Shown: positions 1 through 12,677 of the stretch, piece after piece | How the letters are laid out: each line of letters begins with the position of its first letter | How positions within the stretch are numbered: position 1 is the stretch's first letter | From: Phaeosaccion multiseriatum | Taxonomy: Eukaryota > Protista > Ochrophyta, other classes | NCBI GenBank assembly: GCA_965112735.1 | Contig: OZ218955.1 | Coordinates: 2,294,001-2,358,000 of the forward strand | Length of the DNA stretch: 64,000 bases | Direction of reading: 5' to 3' | Made by a program: the position numbers and the translations under genes | Notes under the pieces: model-generated | Database searches by the model: none | The model's input: only the letters and a program-made list of their open reading frames with translations | Told to the model about the DNA's origin: nothing

Positions 1-1845
1 GTGGTGGGAGGTGTTGGGGGTGCCGAAGGCTCTACAATGGGCGTCACAGGCTGCTCCGCGGGTGCTTCGCGGGACGCAAGGCGCGCCAACAGGAGCTGCA
101 CCAGCCCCTGCTTGAGGGTCCCTTTCGAGTACGTAATCCCTTCCCGTGCGCAGCAAGACTCCAACGTAGGCCGGTTCATCGCGACTACACTGGCCCGAGT
201 GAGAAGCGGGCCCTTGTCTCCCACTATAGACTGGTACAGGTGCACAAGCTTTGGCTCCCCCCCAAACAGGTCGCCTTGCCCATTCTTCGCGGCGAAGCAG
301 TGCTTGTACTCGCCCTTGCTGCAGGGGGTGCAGCTACAGCTCATCGTGCGAACATGAAGTGGGTACGCAACATCATAGTCCTGGCCTTGATGGAACGCTC
401 CAATCGTGGCCTCCGAAACGAAGCCACCCTTCTCCACATCGCCCTCGTAGTGGTATATACTCTGGGTGCCCTGGATGCCCTTGATGTTCACGTCCTCCCG
501 CTGAATGCTGCCGGCGGCAATAAACCTCACACGGGTCATCCGGGCTGTGAAAGGTGTCCAGCCCTTTCCAAAGTAGTCTTCGTCCGACATTGGCTGGGCG
601 GTGGTGTCAAACATCTCAGTCACGAAGGCGGCAAAGTCCTTCGCCGAGTTCATCACCCTCTCCCCCATGTCCGTCCTCCTCGATGCCATGGCCTTGATGG
701 TACCCCCAAGCCCATCGTGGGGCCCCTTACCATGCGAGGTGGTGTGGAACATGTGCGTCATCTTCACCCCCCACAACTTGAGACAGGAGGCAACGAAGGC
801 GAAGTTCTTTGCGCCCTTGTACTGCTTGGCGCACCCGTCAGTGACGTTGATCCACTCCTTCAGCTTGAGGCCGTGCTTTTCGAAGTATCCCTTGTACTCC
901 TGATGCATGAGGCTGCAGCAGTGCTCATGGAAGGCTTGGTCTTGAAGGGAGTCGTCGGAGATGAAAATCTGAGCGTGCACGTCATGGACGGGCTTCTCTC
1001 CCCCCCACATCCTGGGGTTGCAGTGCACGTAGCAAATCATGAGCGTCGCGGACGGACATGTGCCGCAGGTCACAGAGAACGCGCCTGATGAAAGGGAGAG
1101 CAGGAGAGAAACACACGAATACATTAGGAAGGAAAAGGAGGGAGCAGGGGGGGGGAGAGGAGGGAGGAAGGGTGGGGGGAGGACGGGAGGGGAGAGAAGT
1201 GGGCGCCCCTCTTGCTCTGACGTACCGCGGAGCTTATGCTTCTCCGAAAAGTCGGCCGAGCCTGCCGGGCCTGCTCGTTGCAACGCCACCTCCGAGTGCC
1301 CGTCAGCCGAAGGATAGTGTGCAGGGCCTTGACGACTGCCCCTCTTGCTGCTTCGACCGAGGCGGGCGCAAAGCCAATACGTCTTGCCAGAGATCCGTCG
1401 TTCTTCGAAAGCGCCTTCTCCACATCGGCCTCCTTCACACGAGCCACGCGACCGTCCACTGCTGGAAGCTCAACCTCATCTTCCTCCTTCCCCCAAAATC
1501 GCCATCTCGGAGCTTCCTCTTCTTCGCTGGGGGCTCTGATACACCCTTGGGAATGAAATACTTGGACCCCTTCACCAGCGAAGCCCACCGATGCTGTATC
1601 TCGCTCCTCTTTGCCGGCGGCGTCTTGATGTTGGCCTGTTCCATTCGTCCCGCAAGAAGTTTATCCTCCGTCTCCTGGACGTGCTCCTTAGAGCACATGC
1701 TGCGATAGTGTTTCTGCTCCTTCCTGGCTCCACTGGGTGCGACAGTCAGTGTCACGCTTGTCTTCTTGCCGCAGGGCGTTTCTGCATGCTTGAAAGTACA
1801 TCGATCCAGGTACCGGAAGTGGTGAGGACGCTCCGGAGTGGCCAT
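1..1845 (-). mobile_element. Sola2-like DDD DNA transposase gene (intron ~1085-1225; 3' end beyond the window; 5' part appears frameshifted)
   Basis: Manual translation of the minus strand, not in the ORF track because there is no stop in the window: ...ADFSEKHKLRG|AFSVTCG...FISDDSLQD...INVTDGCAKQYKGAKNF...FHTTSHGKGPHDGLGGTIK...CSCTPC..., then a SAP-like segment. DFSE / DGCxxQYK / HGKGPxDGxGG match the Sola2 catalytic motifs. A GT-AG intron joins DFSE in frame. The putative ATG at 1845 is in another frame. Confidence 0.8.
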
Positions 1846-2150
1846 TTCAATTTTCGCTTGGAGGGCGTTTTTACAGCTGAAGATGATCAGTAGGAGAAAG
1901 GTCACAGAGAGCATTCTTAAAGCCCTAAGCACGCTGCATCCAGTGATGTGCTTGCAGTGCGCTATCGACGCTGTCCTCCCTGTTTTCTCATCCAGATTTC
2001 CCACTTCCCCGCCATAGATTTGAATTTGCAGATCATGACCGTGACCGGCATACCCCTAAACATAGGGGTAGCCGCGAGCTTGTAACGTAAATCGCATCGA
2101 AACCGGTGTAGAATCGATGCGATTGTGGAAGTGGCCCATAACAAACAACA

Positions 2151-2495
2151 ATGCCGAAAGAAGTGGCGATGCAGTACAGGGAGACATACACGGGCCAGGC
2201 TCTTCGGGAGAGCCTGATTGCAATCGACGACGAAAACGAGCTCACAGAGGAGTTCGCCATCAGTGTGATCAACGAGTATGACGCGGTTATGCAAGACCTA
2301 GTGTCTGGCGCCGGAACTAAAGAGGGCGAGCAGCCTGGGAGTGCGTGGAAGCTGACTGGCAGGATATCTGCGTACAACCACTGCTCCGAGCGGTGGCTCT
2401 TTGTTGTAAAGAACGCCTTGCTGAGCTCGCGATCGCAAGGCGAAAAACGCAGGCTGGGGACGCTGCGGATCAAGGCGTCTGCTGCGTTGACTTGA
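2151..2495 (+). CDS. Divergent TFIIA gamma (small) subunit-like protein, intronless
   Basis: 114 aa; YRETYTGQALRESL resembles YRxTTLGxxLxESL, and YNHCSERWLFVVKN resembles YRFCDNVWTFVLND; size and layout fit TFIIA-gamma. Confidence 0.65.
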   Translation: MPKEVAMQYRETYTGQALRESLIAIDDENELTEEFAISVINEYDAVMQDLVSGAGTKEGEQPGSAWKLTGRISAYNHCSERWLFVVKNALLSSRSQGEKRRLGTLRIKASAALT

Positions 2496-2675
2496 CCCAG
2501 CAGTCAAGAAGACTGTCACCGTATCTTCGATGGCCCGAAGAGCAGCATCTGGATCTAACAACACAGAAGTATGGCTATGGTTCACAGCTTGCTCCTCTGC
2601 GTCCTTTTGGGAGAGGCTCCATCAGGTCCCGTGGTCGCTTCCTCTGGCAGCACATACACGAGTACCGTCTCCAAT

Positions 2676-2920
2676 TCACTCCCCGTGATGCTCTCCCCAG
2701 TCCTTCTGTCCATCTTTGAAAGCGTCCACCAGCATCTTCTCCATGCATGGGTCATAGTTCTTGATGATGGTGAGTAAGCCTCGCTGCATCCCTTACTTTA
2801 CTTTGGATGCAGCGAGGCTTGCTCACCATCATTAAGAACTATGACCCATGCATGGAGAAGATGCTGGTGGACGCTTTCAAAGATGGACAGAAGGACTGGG
2901 GAGAGCATCACGGGGAGTGA
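2676..2920. repeat. Long near-perfect inverted repeat (116-bp arms, 13-nt loop); candidate hairpin RNA
   Basis: 2676-2791 is the reverse complement of 2805-2920 with 2 mismatches; loop CTTACTTTACTTT. Confidence 0.95.
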
Positions 2921-3585
2921 TTGCCTGGTCACAGATTAGGAGATGCGGAAAAGGGGGAAGGAATTTGAAAAGTGGGGCGCTGAGAGCCGCTCCTCTGCTG
3001 CGTTTGAACGACATTGGCAACGTGTGCCGAGGAGCCCGAGGAGCAGCAGCCGCCCGCAGAAGCAAGAGTGTGCAGTTTACCCCCAGGAGGCGGAGAGTAG
3101 AGACAGTCTAGCGGCTGACCGCCCCATCAGCAGCAGCCAGGGGAGGAACCCCCCGCGGCCTCACAGTGACACTCCGCGCCAAGCGCCAGGAGCCAGGAGC
3201 CAAAGATTTGTGCAAGGAGCCGAAAGGCCGCGCACTTCGCTCGTGTGGGAAACCCGCCGTGTCGCGACGTTTGCCGTCATATCCGCAGTAGCCCCGCAAG
3301 CACCGCCAGCTGCTCTGTTGTTGGTCGTGCACAGCGGGAAGGATACCTAACACTTGGCTCGTGGAGGTGAGATATTTGCTGTTCATGACTTTGCCGCTGC
3401 TGAGAGCGAGGAGTGTGAAGATGGGGGAGCGACGCAGTGGGAAGACGGCATTCACCAACCGCTCAGGAAGAGCGTCAGCGCTTTCCAATCTCAGAGAAAA
3501 AGAGATGACGTGCGTAAAATTCCTATATTAAAATCCTCCATCTCCGTCTCTCTCTCCTGGTTCGAAAGACCAAAAGCTGAGCTGA

Positions 3586-5928
3586 CTACAAGGAAGTGAA
3601 CTTGAGCTTGCTCACGTCGTACCCGGGCATGGGGAACTGCTTGGCGAAGGTGATGACCTCTTCTCTCAAGGCCTTGACCCCCTCGTCGGTCTCCAGAGCG
3701 GTGACGAAGTCTTTGAGCATCTTTCCGGAGTCTTTCTGAATTCTACACGCAATCTGCACACAAGGAGGGAGAGGGGGGGGGGGAGATCATGCATGAGCTC
3801 GGGCTGCAGGTATAAAGTGAGAGGGGGATACTTGCTTGCACTTTGCTTTGGACTCACCTCCACGGCCTTGTGCAAGAACTCCGCCACCTGTTGGAAGTGC
3901 TCCTCCTTGAAGCCGCGTGTGGTGAGCGCGGGAGCTCCCACTCGCGCACCGCCGGGGGACACTGCGCTGCGGTCGCCCTGTTGATTGTTCGGGATATGGA
4001 TGCGGGAGAAGAGGGGTGAGGGAACTAGAATCATCATCACCCCTCCCCCATAGTTCATATTAGACTCGCTCACCTGCACCGAGTTCTTGTTCAATGTGAT
4101 GTGGACAACGTCGCAGATCTTCTCAAACTTGGAACCCGTTAGTTTCTGAAGTGCGGAAGGGGAGAAACGTGAGTCATGAGAAGAGGGAGGGGTCTGAAGG
4201 GGCACACTCAACGCTATCTTTACCTGCGGTCGAAGGTCCCACAGCAGCAAGTGGTTCTCTGTGCCATTGGTGCAAAGGGTGTAACCCTTGCTGATGAGCG
4301 TATCGGCACACGCGGAAATGTTCTTCTTGACCTGCTGAATGTACTCCTTAAACTCAGGGGTGACTGCCTCCTTCAGCTGAGTCGCCACGCCCGCAATGGC
4401 GTTCTCGTGGGGGCCTCCCTGCTCGCGGTGTCAGTACGAATCAATGAATGAAATCAAATGCGAGCGCACGTGTGTGTGAAGCATGCATGGGAGTATGGGG
4501 GGTTCGCTGCAGCTCACCTGAAGGGCGGGGAAGACGGCATTGTTGATCTTTGGCTCAAAGTCCCTGTCGTCCTTTCGGAAGAAGATGAGGCCTGCTCGGG
4601 GCCCTCGGAGGGACTTGTGGGTGGTGGTGGTGACAACGTCGCAGTACTCGAAGGGGTCGGCTGCCTCCTTGGTCACCACGAGCCCAGAGATGTGCGCCAT
4701 ATCGCTGTTTAGCGGGGAGGAGAGAAGGAGTCGCGGCAATGTGGCAAGCGTTACAGACTTGGTAAGAGTAGAGCTCAAACCTCACTTCACTGAGCTGAAG
4801 CAACAGACAAACGGACTCACCACAATAAGAGTGCGCCATTCTCGTCAGCAATCTCTCGGAATTGCTTGTAGTCCCAGTCCCGAGGGTAGGCAGAGCCGCC
4901 ACACACAATCATCGCAGGCTTGAAGAGGGCGGCGAGCTTGCGCAGCTCGTCGAAGTCGATGAGACCAGTCTCGGGGTTCACTCTACAAGCAGCAGCAGCA
5001 GCAGCAGCAGCAACCGAAGCAGCGAAACAGGTAGGTAACTCAGATCGATTCAAAGGTACACCATCATCCGGCCGCCGGCCTTAACACTTACCTGTACGGC
5101 AGAGATTCGAAGTACACCGAGGTGGCGGACACGGCCTTGCGCGTGTTCTCTTTCTACGCAACAGCAAAGGAAGCGAGGGCTCTACAGTCAGAACAGTGCG
5201 GGATTGGAATAGAGTAGGTCCTTGACACACGCGCTCACCTTGGAGTACGTGTAGAAGCCGTGTGTGAGGTGCCCTCCCGAGGGAAGATCGAGGCCCATGA
5301 TACGGTCATGGGGCTTCAGCAGACCCGTGTACACGGCAAAGTTGGCTGGGGACCCGCTGCAGCAGCCACGAACGAGAGAGAAGGAAGAAAGTTAAGCAGT
5401 AGCACACTCCTCGCCGCAGATGAGTACAAGTTGCCTACCTGTAGGGTTGCACATTGATGCCCCACTTCTCGGGGTCGCAGCCGTACGCCGCCAGCGCTCT
5501 GTCCCTGCACAGATCCTCCACCTTATCCACAACCTCGTTTCCGCCATAGTAGCGGGCGCCAGGGAGACCCTCCGCGTACTGCAAACACGAGCAGAGGATG
5601 AGTCAGAATCTTGGAGGATTTGATTTTAGATACCCCACCCCTCACCAAGAAAGCTCTGGTCTCTCCACCGCAGTCCCTCTCTCTTTCTCACTCCACCTCA
5701 CTGCCCCCCTCCCTCTCTCTATCGGCACCTCCGCTTAGCACCTACCTTGTTCGTGAGGGCCGAGCCCAGACAATCGAACACAGCTCGGCTCGTAAAGTTC
5801 TCGCTGGCAATGAGCTCCAAGCTGCACCACTGCCTCGTCTGCTCCTTTTGAATGAGGTCGTACAGCTCCGGGTCATGCTCAGACAGGGGTGTGTTACCCG
5901 GGAGGGTCTGCGGGATGGGTGCGGACAT
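3586..5928 (-). CDS. SHMT: Serine hydroxymethyltransferase (multi-exon, probably cytosolic)
   Basis: [34 protein letters not shown] (PLP lysine), [19 protein letters not shown]; GT-AG introns; TAG at 3588-3586. Confidence 0.97.
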
Positions 5929-6059
5929 CTTTTGCGGACTATGTGTTTCTTCGTACCGATGGTGTCTCTACGGTGGAGCGCGCACCGAGGTTGAGTTTGA
6001 GATGATTAGAACCGAGGTCGATTTTCGGTTTCGGGTCGATGTTGCGGAACAATTTGACG

Positions 6060-6244
6060 TCGACCTGCTACCGCCGGCGTCAGCCAACGTGCTACCTACT
6101 ATATACTTCGCAGCCGGCCTTGACCTGCTACCGGCCGACCGGCCGGCCGGCCAACCATCAGCTGCCACCGCCGGCGTGAGCCATCTGCTGCCTGCATGCT
6201 ACCGAGAATCGCTCGGTAGTCGACGGTAGCACGTCAGGGGTCGA
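6060..6244. repeat. Small element with imperfect terminal inverted repeats (MITE-like or palindromic cis-element), related to 16168-16314
   Basis: Ends TCGACCTGCTACCG ... CGGTAGCACGTCAGGGGTCGA; internal GCTAC repeats and CGCCGGCGTCAGCC are similar to the 16.2-kb copy. Confidence 0.5.
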
Positions 6245-6313
6245 GGGGGAGAAGGGAAAGTCGGTGGGCGTGTGACCAAGAGCATATGGAATTATGAAGC
6301 TTTGGTTTGTATT

Positions 6314-7696
6314 TCATCGTATGGGGTGAACGGCGGTATTCTTCGGTCTCAGCGCCTCGGCTAGCTGGCTCGGGCTCGGCGCCCCTGAATCGTCGAGGTC
6401 GTCCTGGAGCTGCTGGTCCAACATGGACTCCTCCAGCATCCCGCCCACGTCTGAGGTGGCTGGGATCTCCCCCCCGCCCTCCGACGCTTGAAGCTTCAAG
6501 AGCGTCTCTCTCTGGGCTGACCTGCGCTCCAGCAGCACCTTGTGCATCTCAGGGTAGCGGAGCTCTCCCCGGGTCCGCCTCTTCTCCACGAGAGGCCACT
6601 CCTCCTTGTTTTGGTTGTTGTCTGGGTCTGGCCCAGGCATAGCTGCGACCCACTTCACGTCGAGCTGGAAGGGTCCGTCCTTTCCGTCGTCCAGAGCAAA
6701 GCCCAAGTCCTTAATGCCGATCCTCTCCAATCTTCTCTGCACCAGCTTGGGGTAGCCTCTGCTCGTCAAGAGTAATTTGTTGAAGGGCACACTCACCGTA
6801 ACCCATTTTCCCGGCGGCAGAATCAAGTAGCCCTGTGCGTGCAGGGCACCAGATATGTTATAGGGAAAGCTTGTATGCAGCTACCATGGGGTGAGAGAGA
6901 GAGGCCTTACATACCTGGTACACGTCGTCGGTGATCATGGTGTCTGGATGGATGTTGATGTTGTACCGTCGCCCGTCCGATCTGACCCTCATCTGCAGCA
7001 CCTCCAGTTCGCCCAACTCCGTATACTTGTAGTCTCCCACCTGGGGGGGGGGGGGTCCGGAGCAGACAGCCATAAGTGGCCAAGAAGATCAAAGGGGAAG
7101 GCCACAGCCTTCGAATCCCCATCCAATAACGACCCCAAGATATCTCTTCCCTTTGAGCCATGGGTGCCCTCCTTCACCCCTCTTACGTGTAGCATGGCCG
7201 CAGCGAATCCTGACTGCACCATCTTGGGCCCCAGCTTGAGCGACATGTCCCCCGAGAAGCGCATGAAGCCTCCGCCGGTACCAATGCCCAGCTTCGCCAC
7301 AGCTCGGTCCTTTTCATACAGATCCACCTGGCCAGGCATAGCCGACCTGAGCATCACCTCGTTCTCCTTCCCATCCTCCAGCAGAGCCTCCGCCAAGCCG
7401 TCGTCCTCCTTGTCCTCGTGATGCGCCAGCTCGGCCTGCGTGTGCCCTCCGTGCACGGCGTCAGACACCACAGTCCAATTCTGCCCCTCAACCTCGCCTC
7501 TCGTAAAGTCCAGCATCTTCTTACCCTTGGACGAGGGCTTGCCGCAGTCCTTCAAGGAATTGATGGGATTACTCGACAGTAACCCCATAGAAGCATAGTC
7601 TTTGAAATCGATAAGGTTGTCTTTCAGCTTGGCGAGCCACTCCCCTCGCTCCGGGGCTGCTATCTTCCACGCCTTCCGAGCTTGTTGGAAGAGCAT
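6314..7696 (-). CDS. Complex I intermediate-associated protein 30 (CIA30/NDUFAF1 family)
   Basis: WTVVSDAVHGGHTQAEL, SGFAAAM, MRVRSDGRRYNINI, WVTVSVPFNKLLLTSRG, DGKDGPFQLDVKWV across 3 exons; start could be 7696 or 7756. Confidence 0.85.
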
Positions 7697-7845
7697 GGTT
7701 GTCTCCTCCGTCCACCAGCACGACCAAACTCCTCCTTTTCGAGGTTGCTGTGACATTGGCTCGCGTGTTGGTGCTTCGGTGTTGCCCGTGTTTGCTTCGG
7801 GGGAGCCGCGGCCGGCGCGCCATTTGCCATAGGCTGTGAGGGAAG

Positions 7846-10800
7846 ATGCCTCGCGGCAGACGCGGGAGAGGGAGAGGGGGTACCGCAGCTGCTGGTTCTG
7901 GAAGAGGTGCTGTGAAGAAAAGAAGACGGGGCGCGGAGAGTGAGGAGGAGATGGAGAAGGAGGAGAGCGATGGAGGTGGCAGCAGTAGCAGCAGCAGCGA
8001 CGACGGCGTGAGGAGGAAGAAGAAGCGCACGGAATCCGACGAAGACTGGGCGAGGAGCAGTGTGAGCGAGGAGGAATTGGAAGGGATGGAGGAGGAGCTG
8101 CAGTCGCGGGACGCCGGCGGGCCGGAGGTTGAGGCCGACGACGATGAAGTGTCCGACGGGCTCGCAGATGACGACAATGAGGAGGAGGAGGACGAGGACG
8201 AGGACGACGAGGAGGAGGAGGATGATGATGAGGACGAAGAGGACGGGCTCGTGCCGCCGGGCGCGGTGCGAAAGCAACGGCCGACAGACTCCACAGCGGA
8301 AGGCAGCGGCAGCGGTAGTGATGCGGAGGGCGAGGGGGGTGACACTCTCGATAATACCGAGCCTCCGCCGATGCCTTTTGGGAAGGCGTCCGCTGGCCAG
8401 CAGCGCCGGACGGGCCGTACCTACGGAAAGACCCTTCCTCCAGTGGTCGCTGGGCTGTTGGGGGACGCGCACGCCGCGTACCTGGCCAAGGACATACCCA
8501 AGGCGCTCAGACTGCTGTCCGAGGTGGTCAGGCAGGCGCCCAACCACCCTGACCCATACCTCACTCTCGCCACCATCTACGGAGAGGTGAGTGAGAACGA
8601 GCCTTTTGCTTTCCCCCAGATCCGACCAGCAGAGTTTAGAGTCAGAGCCCTCAACCAGCTGAGCTCCGCGCAGGTCGAAGACCTGGACAAGGCGCTGACT
8701 ATGGTCATTGCAGCCGCCACGCTCACTCCCAAAGCCATTGACCTGTGGAGGAGGGGAGCCACCCTCGCGCTGGCCATTGGAGACAAGCAGGTGAGAGCCC
8801 CTCGGCTGCTGTTGCTGGTGCTGCAGTGTTTACTCACCATTTCTTTGTCTCTTGCTGTGCGGGCGAGTATAGAAGGCGTACGAGTGCATCAAGTCCGCGC
8901 ACAGCTACGACCCCAATGACGCCGAGCTTGCCGTGGAGAAGGCCAACCTCCTCATGGAGCTGGGCAAGCCTCGCACCGCGCTGGAGGTCTTCCGGGGCAT
9001 CGCCATTAAGCACCCGGACAATTTCTCAGTCTACTTTGATATTGCAGAAATCGCCAAGGTGCACTTGACCAAGGACAGCAACTTCGGCTACCAGGCGCTG
9101 GCAGGTACACACTCTTCTGCTTCACTCTCTCCGACTAAATCTTCCCCTGACTGACACGACCTCTGCCCTCCTCCGTTGCGAAGCGTGTATTGGTACCTTT
9201 GTGGGCAAAAGGTTTGCCGACGACGCTCTTGTCGAGCTTGCTGGGGGTTACGAGATTCCGCAGGAAGGAAGGGGTACGGAGGATCTGGGGCCCCTCTACG
9301 CCGCCGCCGCGAGGTGTGTTTGTGTCTGTGTGTGTTTCCCGAACAACCTGGACTCTCTAGGCCATTCGCAGCTCAGCGCCTTTCTCTCTCTCCCTCCCTC
9401 TTGCCTCTGCCCTTCTCACCAGACTCACCAAGACGCTCGTGGAAGAAAAGAGCATGTATCTCGTGGCCGCCAAGACCGTTGAGAGCATTGCTCGCTTCTT
9501 GGGCAGCAAGAGGGTGGGCCTGACGGGGTCGGACCTGGAAAAGTACTACATGCCGTTAGACCTTGTCGTGCGCTACGGCATTTGCGAGGTATCGCCGTGC
9601 TTTTTGCCTGCCCCTCTTTGGCAGCCACGCAATATATACCAAGAGCCTAACCCCACCCCGTCCCCTCTTGCCGCGCCTCGGGTGCAGGTGCTGCTGGACA
9701 GGCTGGAGAGTGCGGAAGGCTCCTTTAAGGTTCTCCTGGCGCAGGGCCCCAGGTCCGCCCGCCTTGCCGACATGATGCTGCAGGTGGCCGAGGCCTACGC
9801 CACCCCCGAGGTGCAAAAGTTCGATAAGGTGTGGAATCATGGAGAAGTGGGCGTCGATCTAATCCTCTGGATCAATAAATTAAGCGCGACTGTTTTGTGC
9901 CTTTCCCCAGGCGCTACCCATCCTGCTCGCCGTTGCGCAGAATGACGCGAGCGATCATCCTCCTTTTCCGGAAGAGGAGGAAGGGGAGGAGAAGTGGCGG
10001 CAGAATCGCAGCATGCTGGCGTGGATGGGCATTGCAGACGTGTATGTGAAGCAGGGACTACACACCAAGGCGCTGCAGACTTTCACCTCTATTCTGCAGG
10101 ACTGCCCGGGCTACTTGCCAGCGCTGCACCAGTATGCGTGTCTCACTCGAAAGGCCGAGCTGGACGGCCTCGGGGGCTCTGCCGCTGACGTGCTCAGCTC
10201 AGCCGTCAAGGAAATGGTGGAGGAAGGCAAGGCGGCTGGGGAGGACGGGGAGGGGGGGGCAGCAGCGGCGCCAAATCCAAGGCTCTTTGGGGGGACTCCT
10301 GCGCTAAAGCTTAGCCTGTTGCTAGAGTGGGCAGAGCTGTGCAGGAAAGATGGGGGGGGGGATAGCGCGGACTTTGTGAGTGTGGCGCTTCCGGCGCTGG
10401 AGAGGATGCTGGCCTTTCAGCAGGAAGAGCTGCAGCGGCGGCGGCGCATCAGCAGTACTACTAGTGGTGGTGATGGAGCTCGCAAAAAGAAGAGGAAAAG
10501 GAAAAATGGCAGGGGCGGTGGGGCAAGCGATGTCAACAACGAGAGCGACGAACAAGACGAAGAAGCTCCTGCTGCTGAAGCTGACAACCCGCCACTGCCT
10601 GACAACATTAGCAAGGCATCTCCGGCCTTGGTCTCACGAGAGTGGCAAACTGCCTTTCAGGGTCGCCTCTCTGAAAAGGTGAGTAAAACGATAGATGGAA
10701 GCTTTGTTTTTGTTTGTTTGGAGCAAGCAAACCTCAAATCCGCCCCCTTCCCCCCCGCTCCGCCCAACAACACACTCGCAGGTGGAGGAGCTTGCCGGGC

Positions 10801-11780
10801 TTGTCGTGGAGGAGCCCCCTCACAAGCTGGGCCTGCAAAACAAGTCTCTAATCAGACTCGTGACTACGCTGCTCAAGACGCTGAGGGGCTGGGGAAAGGA
10901 GGAACACGTGGCGAAGCTGGCGGAGGCCGTGGTACAGTGCGGTGGTAAACTGTTTTCTCAAGCAAACCGAGACGACGTGCGCAGCTTGGTGTGGGGAGGC
11001 GGGGCTGCTTACTCCAAGACCTCTAAAACGCCAGCTGGCGGCGCCGGGGGGGGCGTGGTGGCAGCAGGGGTTGTACAACAAGCGCTGGCAAAGATTGCGC
11101 TGGATCCGAGCAATGTAGGCAGCTGGAACGCGCTGGGTTACGCCACGAGCGGCACCAGCCTCGAAATGGCAGACCTCAAGCGTCTCGCCTTGACCTATCC
11201 CCAATCCCCGGCGCCGCGACTCTTCCTGGCCCACAAGCTCGCCGCTTCCAACAGGATCAAACCCGCCATTGCAAAGCTCCGAGAAGCCCTGGCGCTGGCA
11301 GCCCAGGCGCCGGCCACCACCAGCACCACCACCACCACCAGCACCACCACCACCACCAGCACCACAGGCCCTGAGCAGCAGCCCCTCCTTCTCCTCTGCC
11401 TCGCGGCTAATCTGCTGAGGGTGATTCCACGCGAGGCCCGAGGCGGTGCGAACCACGAGCTGGTGCTGGAGGCTCTGGGGTGTCTCCACCGCTATGCAGA
11501 GGCCAGAGCAGAGCCTCGTCCAGGGGTGGGCGAGAGGGAAACGGCAGAACAGCAGGAGGCCTTGTACAACCTGGGCAGGGGTTACCAACACCTTGGCCTC
11601 AACCACCTGGCCATTGACTTCTACAACAAGGCCCTCCTTTTGCAGCCAGAGGGCGGCACGGATCCTCGTCAGCAAGAGATTGGCAGACTGGCATCTTTGA
11701 ACTTGGTCGTCTTGTACAAGGGCGCCGGATCCTTTGAGCTCGCCAGGGCCGTCATTGCAAAGCATTTGACGCTCGGGTGA
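7846..11780 (+). CDS. GTF3C3: General transcription factor IIIC subunit 3 (Tfc4/TFIIIC102), TPR protein
   Basis: Acidic N-terminus; LLGDAHAAY...EVVRQAPNHPDPYLTLATIY; C-terminal QEALYNLGRGYQHLGLNHLAIDFYNKAL...NLVVLYKGAGSFELARAVIAKHL. Confidence 0.88.
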
Positions 11781-11818
11781 ACCCACTACTCTGTAGATAC
11801 CATTGAACAAACCATCCA

Positions 11819-12588
11819 TCACAACATTGGTCTTTTTCGAGGTAGACCTTTCGAAAACGCCTCTTTCTGTCTGCGGTGCAGGGAGCTGTAGTAGTTCAGA
11901 GCACCCTTCGGGTTCTCCAGCCACTTTGGAGAGAGTCCGTCTTTCTTTTCGTAGTGAGGGAGAAGTCCGTCAAAGTTGGTTTCTGGGAGATGCGGCACTC
12001 CGCCACTCCGTTTGGGCCTCCGCTTCCGACGAAGGCGCCCTTCCTGCTGCTTCCCTCGTGACTTCTCTCCTGCATGTTTTTTCATATCAGTACGTACTCT
12101 CCCTTTCCGCAGACCCCTTGCTACTGAGGGTGCCACCACTGCCGTGGGGGGGGCATCACATGTCCCGGATGGCCGCCGTCCTCGCAAGCCCACCTTTGTG
12201 ATCGATCTCCACCGCTCCACCACTGCCCTCTTTATCACCTCGTCGTGGACGTTTTCCTGAGAGAGGGGGAGAGGGAGAGAGAGAGACGGAAAGAGAATGG
12301 AGAAAGAGGGGGAGGGGCGACAGAAAGAGAGAAGAGAGAGCGGGAGAGACGGAAAGAGAGGGAGAAAGACACAGAGAGGAGCGAGGGAGAGAGAGGAGAG
12401 AGAGAGTGAGGGTCGAGTAGAGAGAGACAGAGGACACAGGGGGAAAGAGAAGAGAAGAGAGGGAGAGGGGGGGGGAGAGAGAAAGAGGGGGGGAGAGGGA
12501 GAGGGTAGAGAGGGATCGAGAAGAGAGGGAGAGCGAGGGAGAACAGGAGAGAGAGATAGAGAGAGAGACAGAGAGAGAGGGAGAGAGA

Positions 12589-12677
<89 letters not shown>

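Noticed and set aside
240-1088. 282-aa plus-strand ORF
   Set aside because: In-register antisense shadow of the transposase frame.
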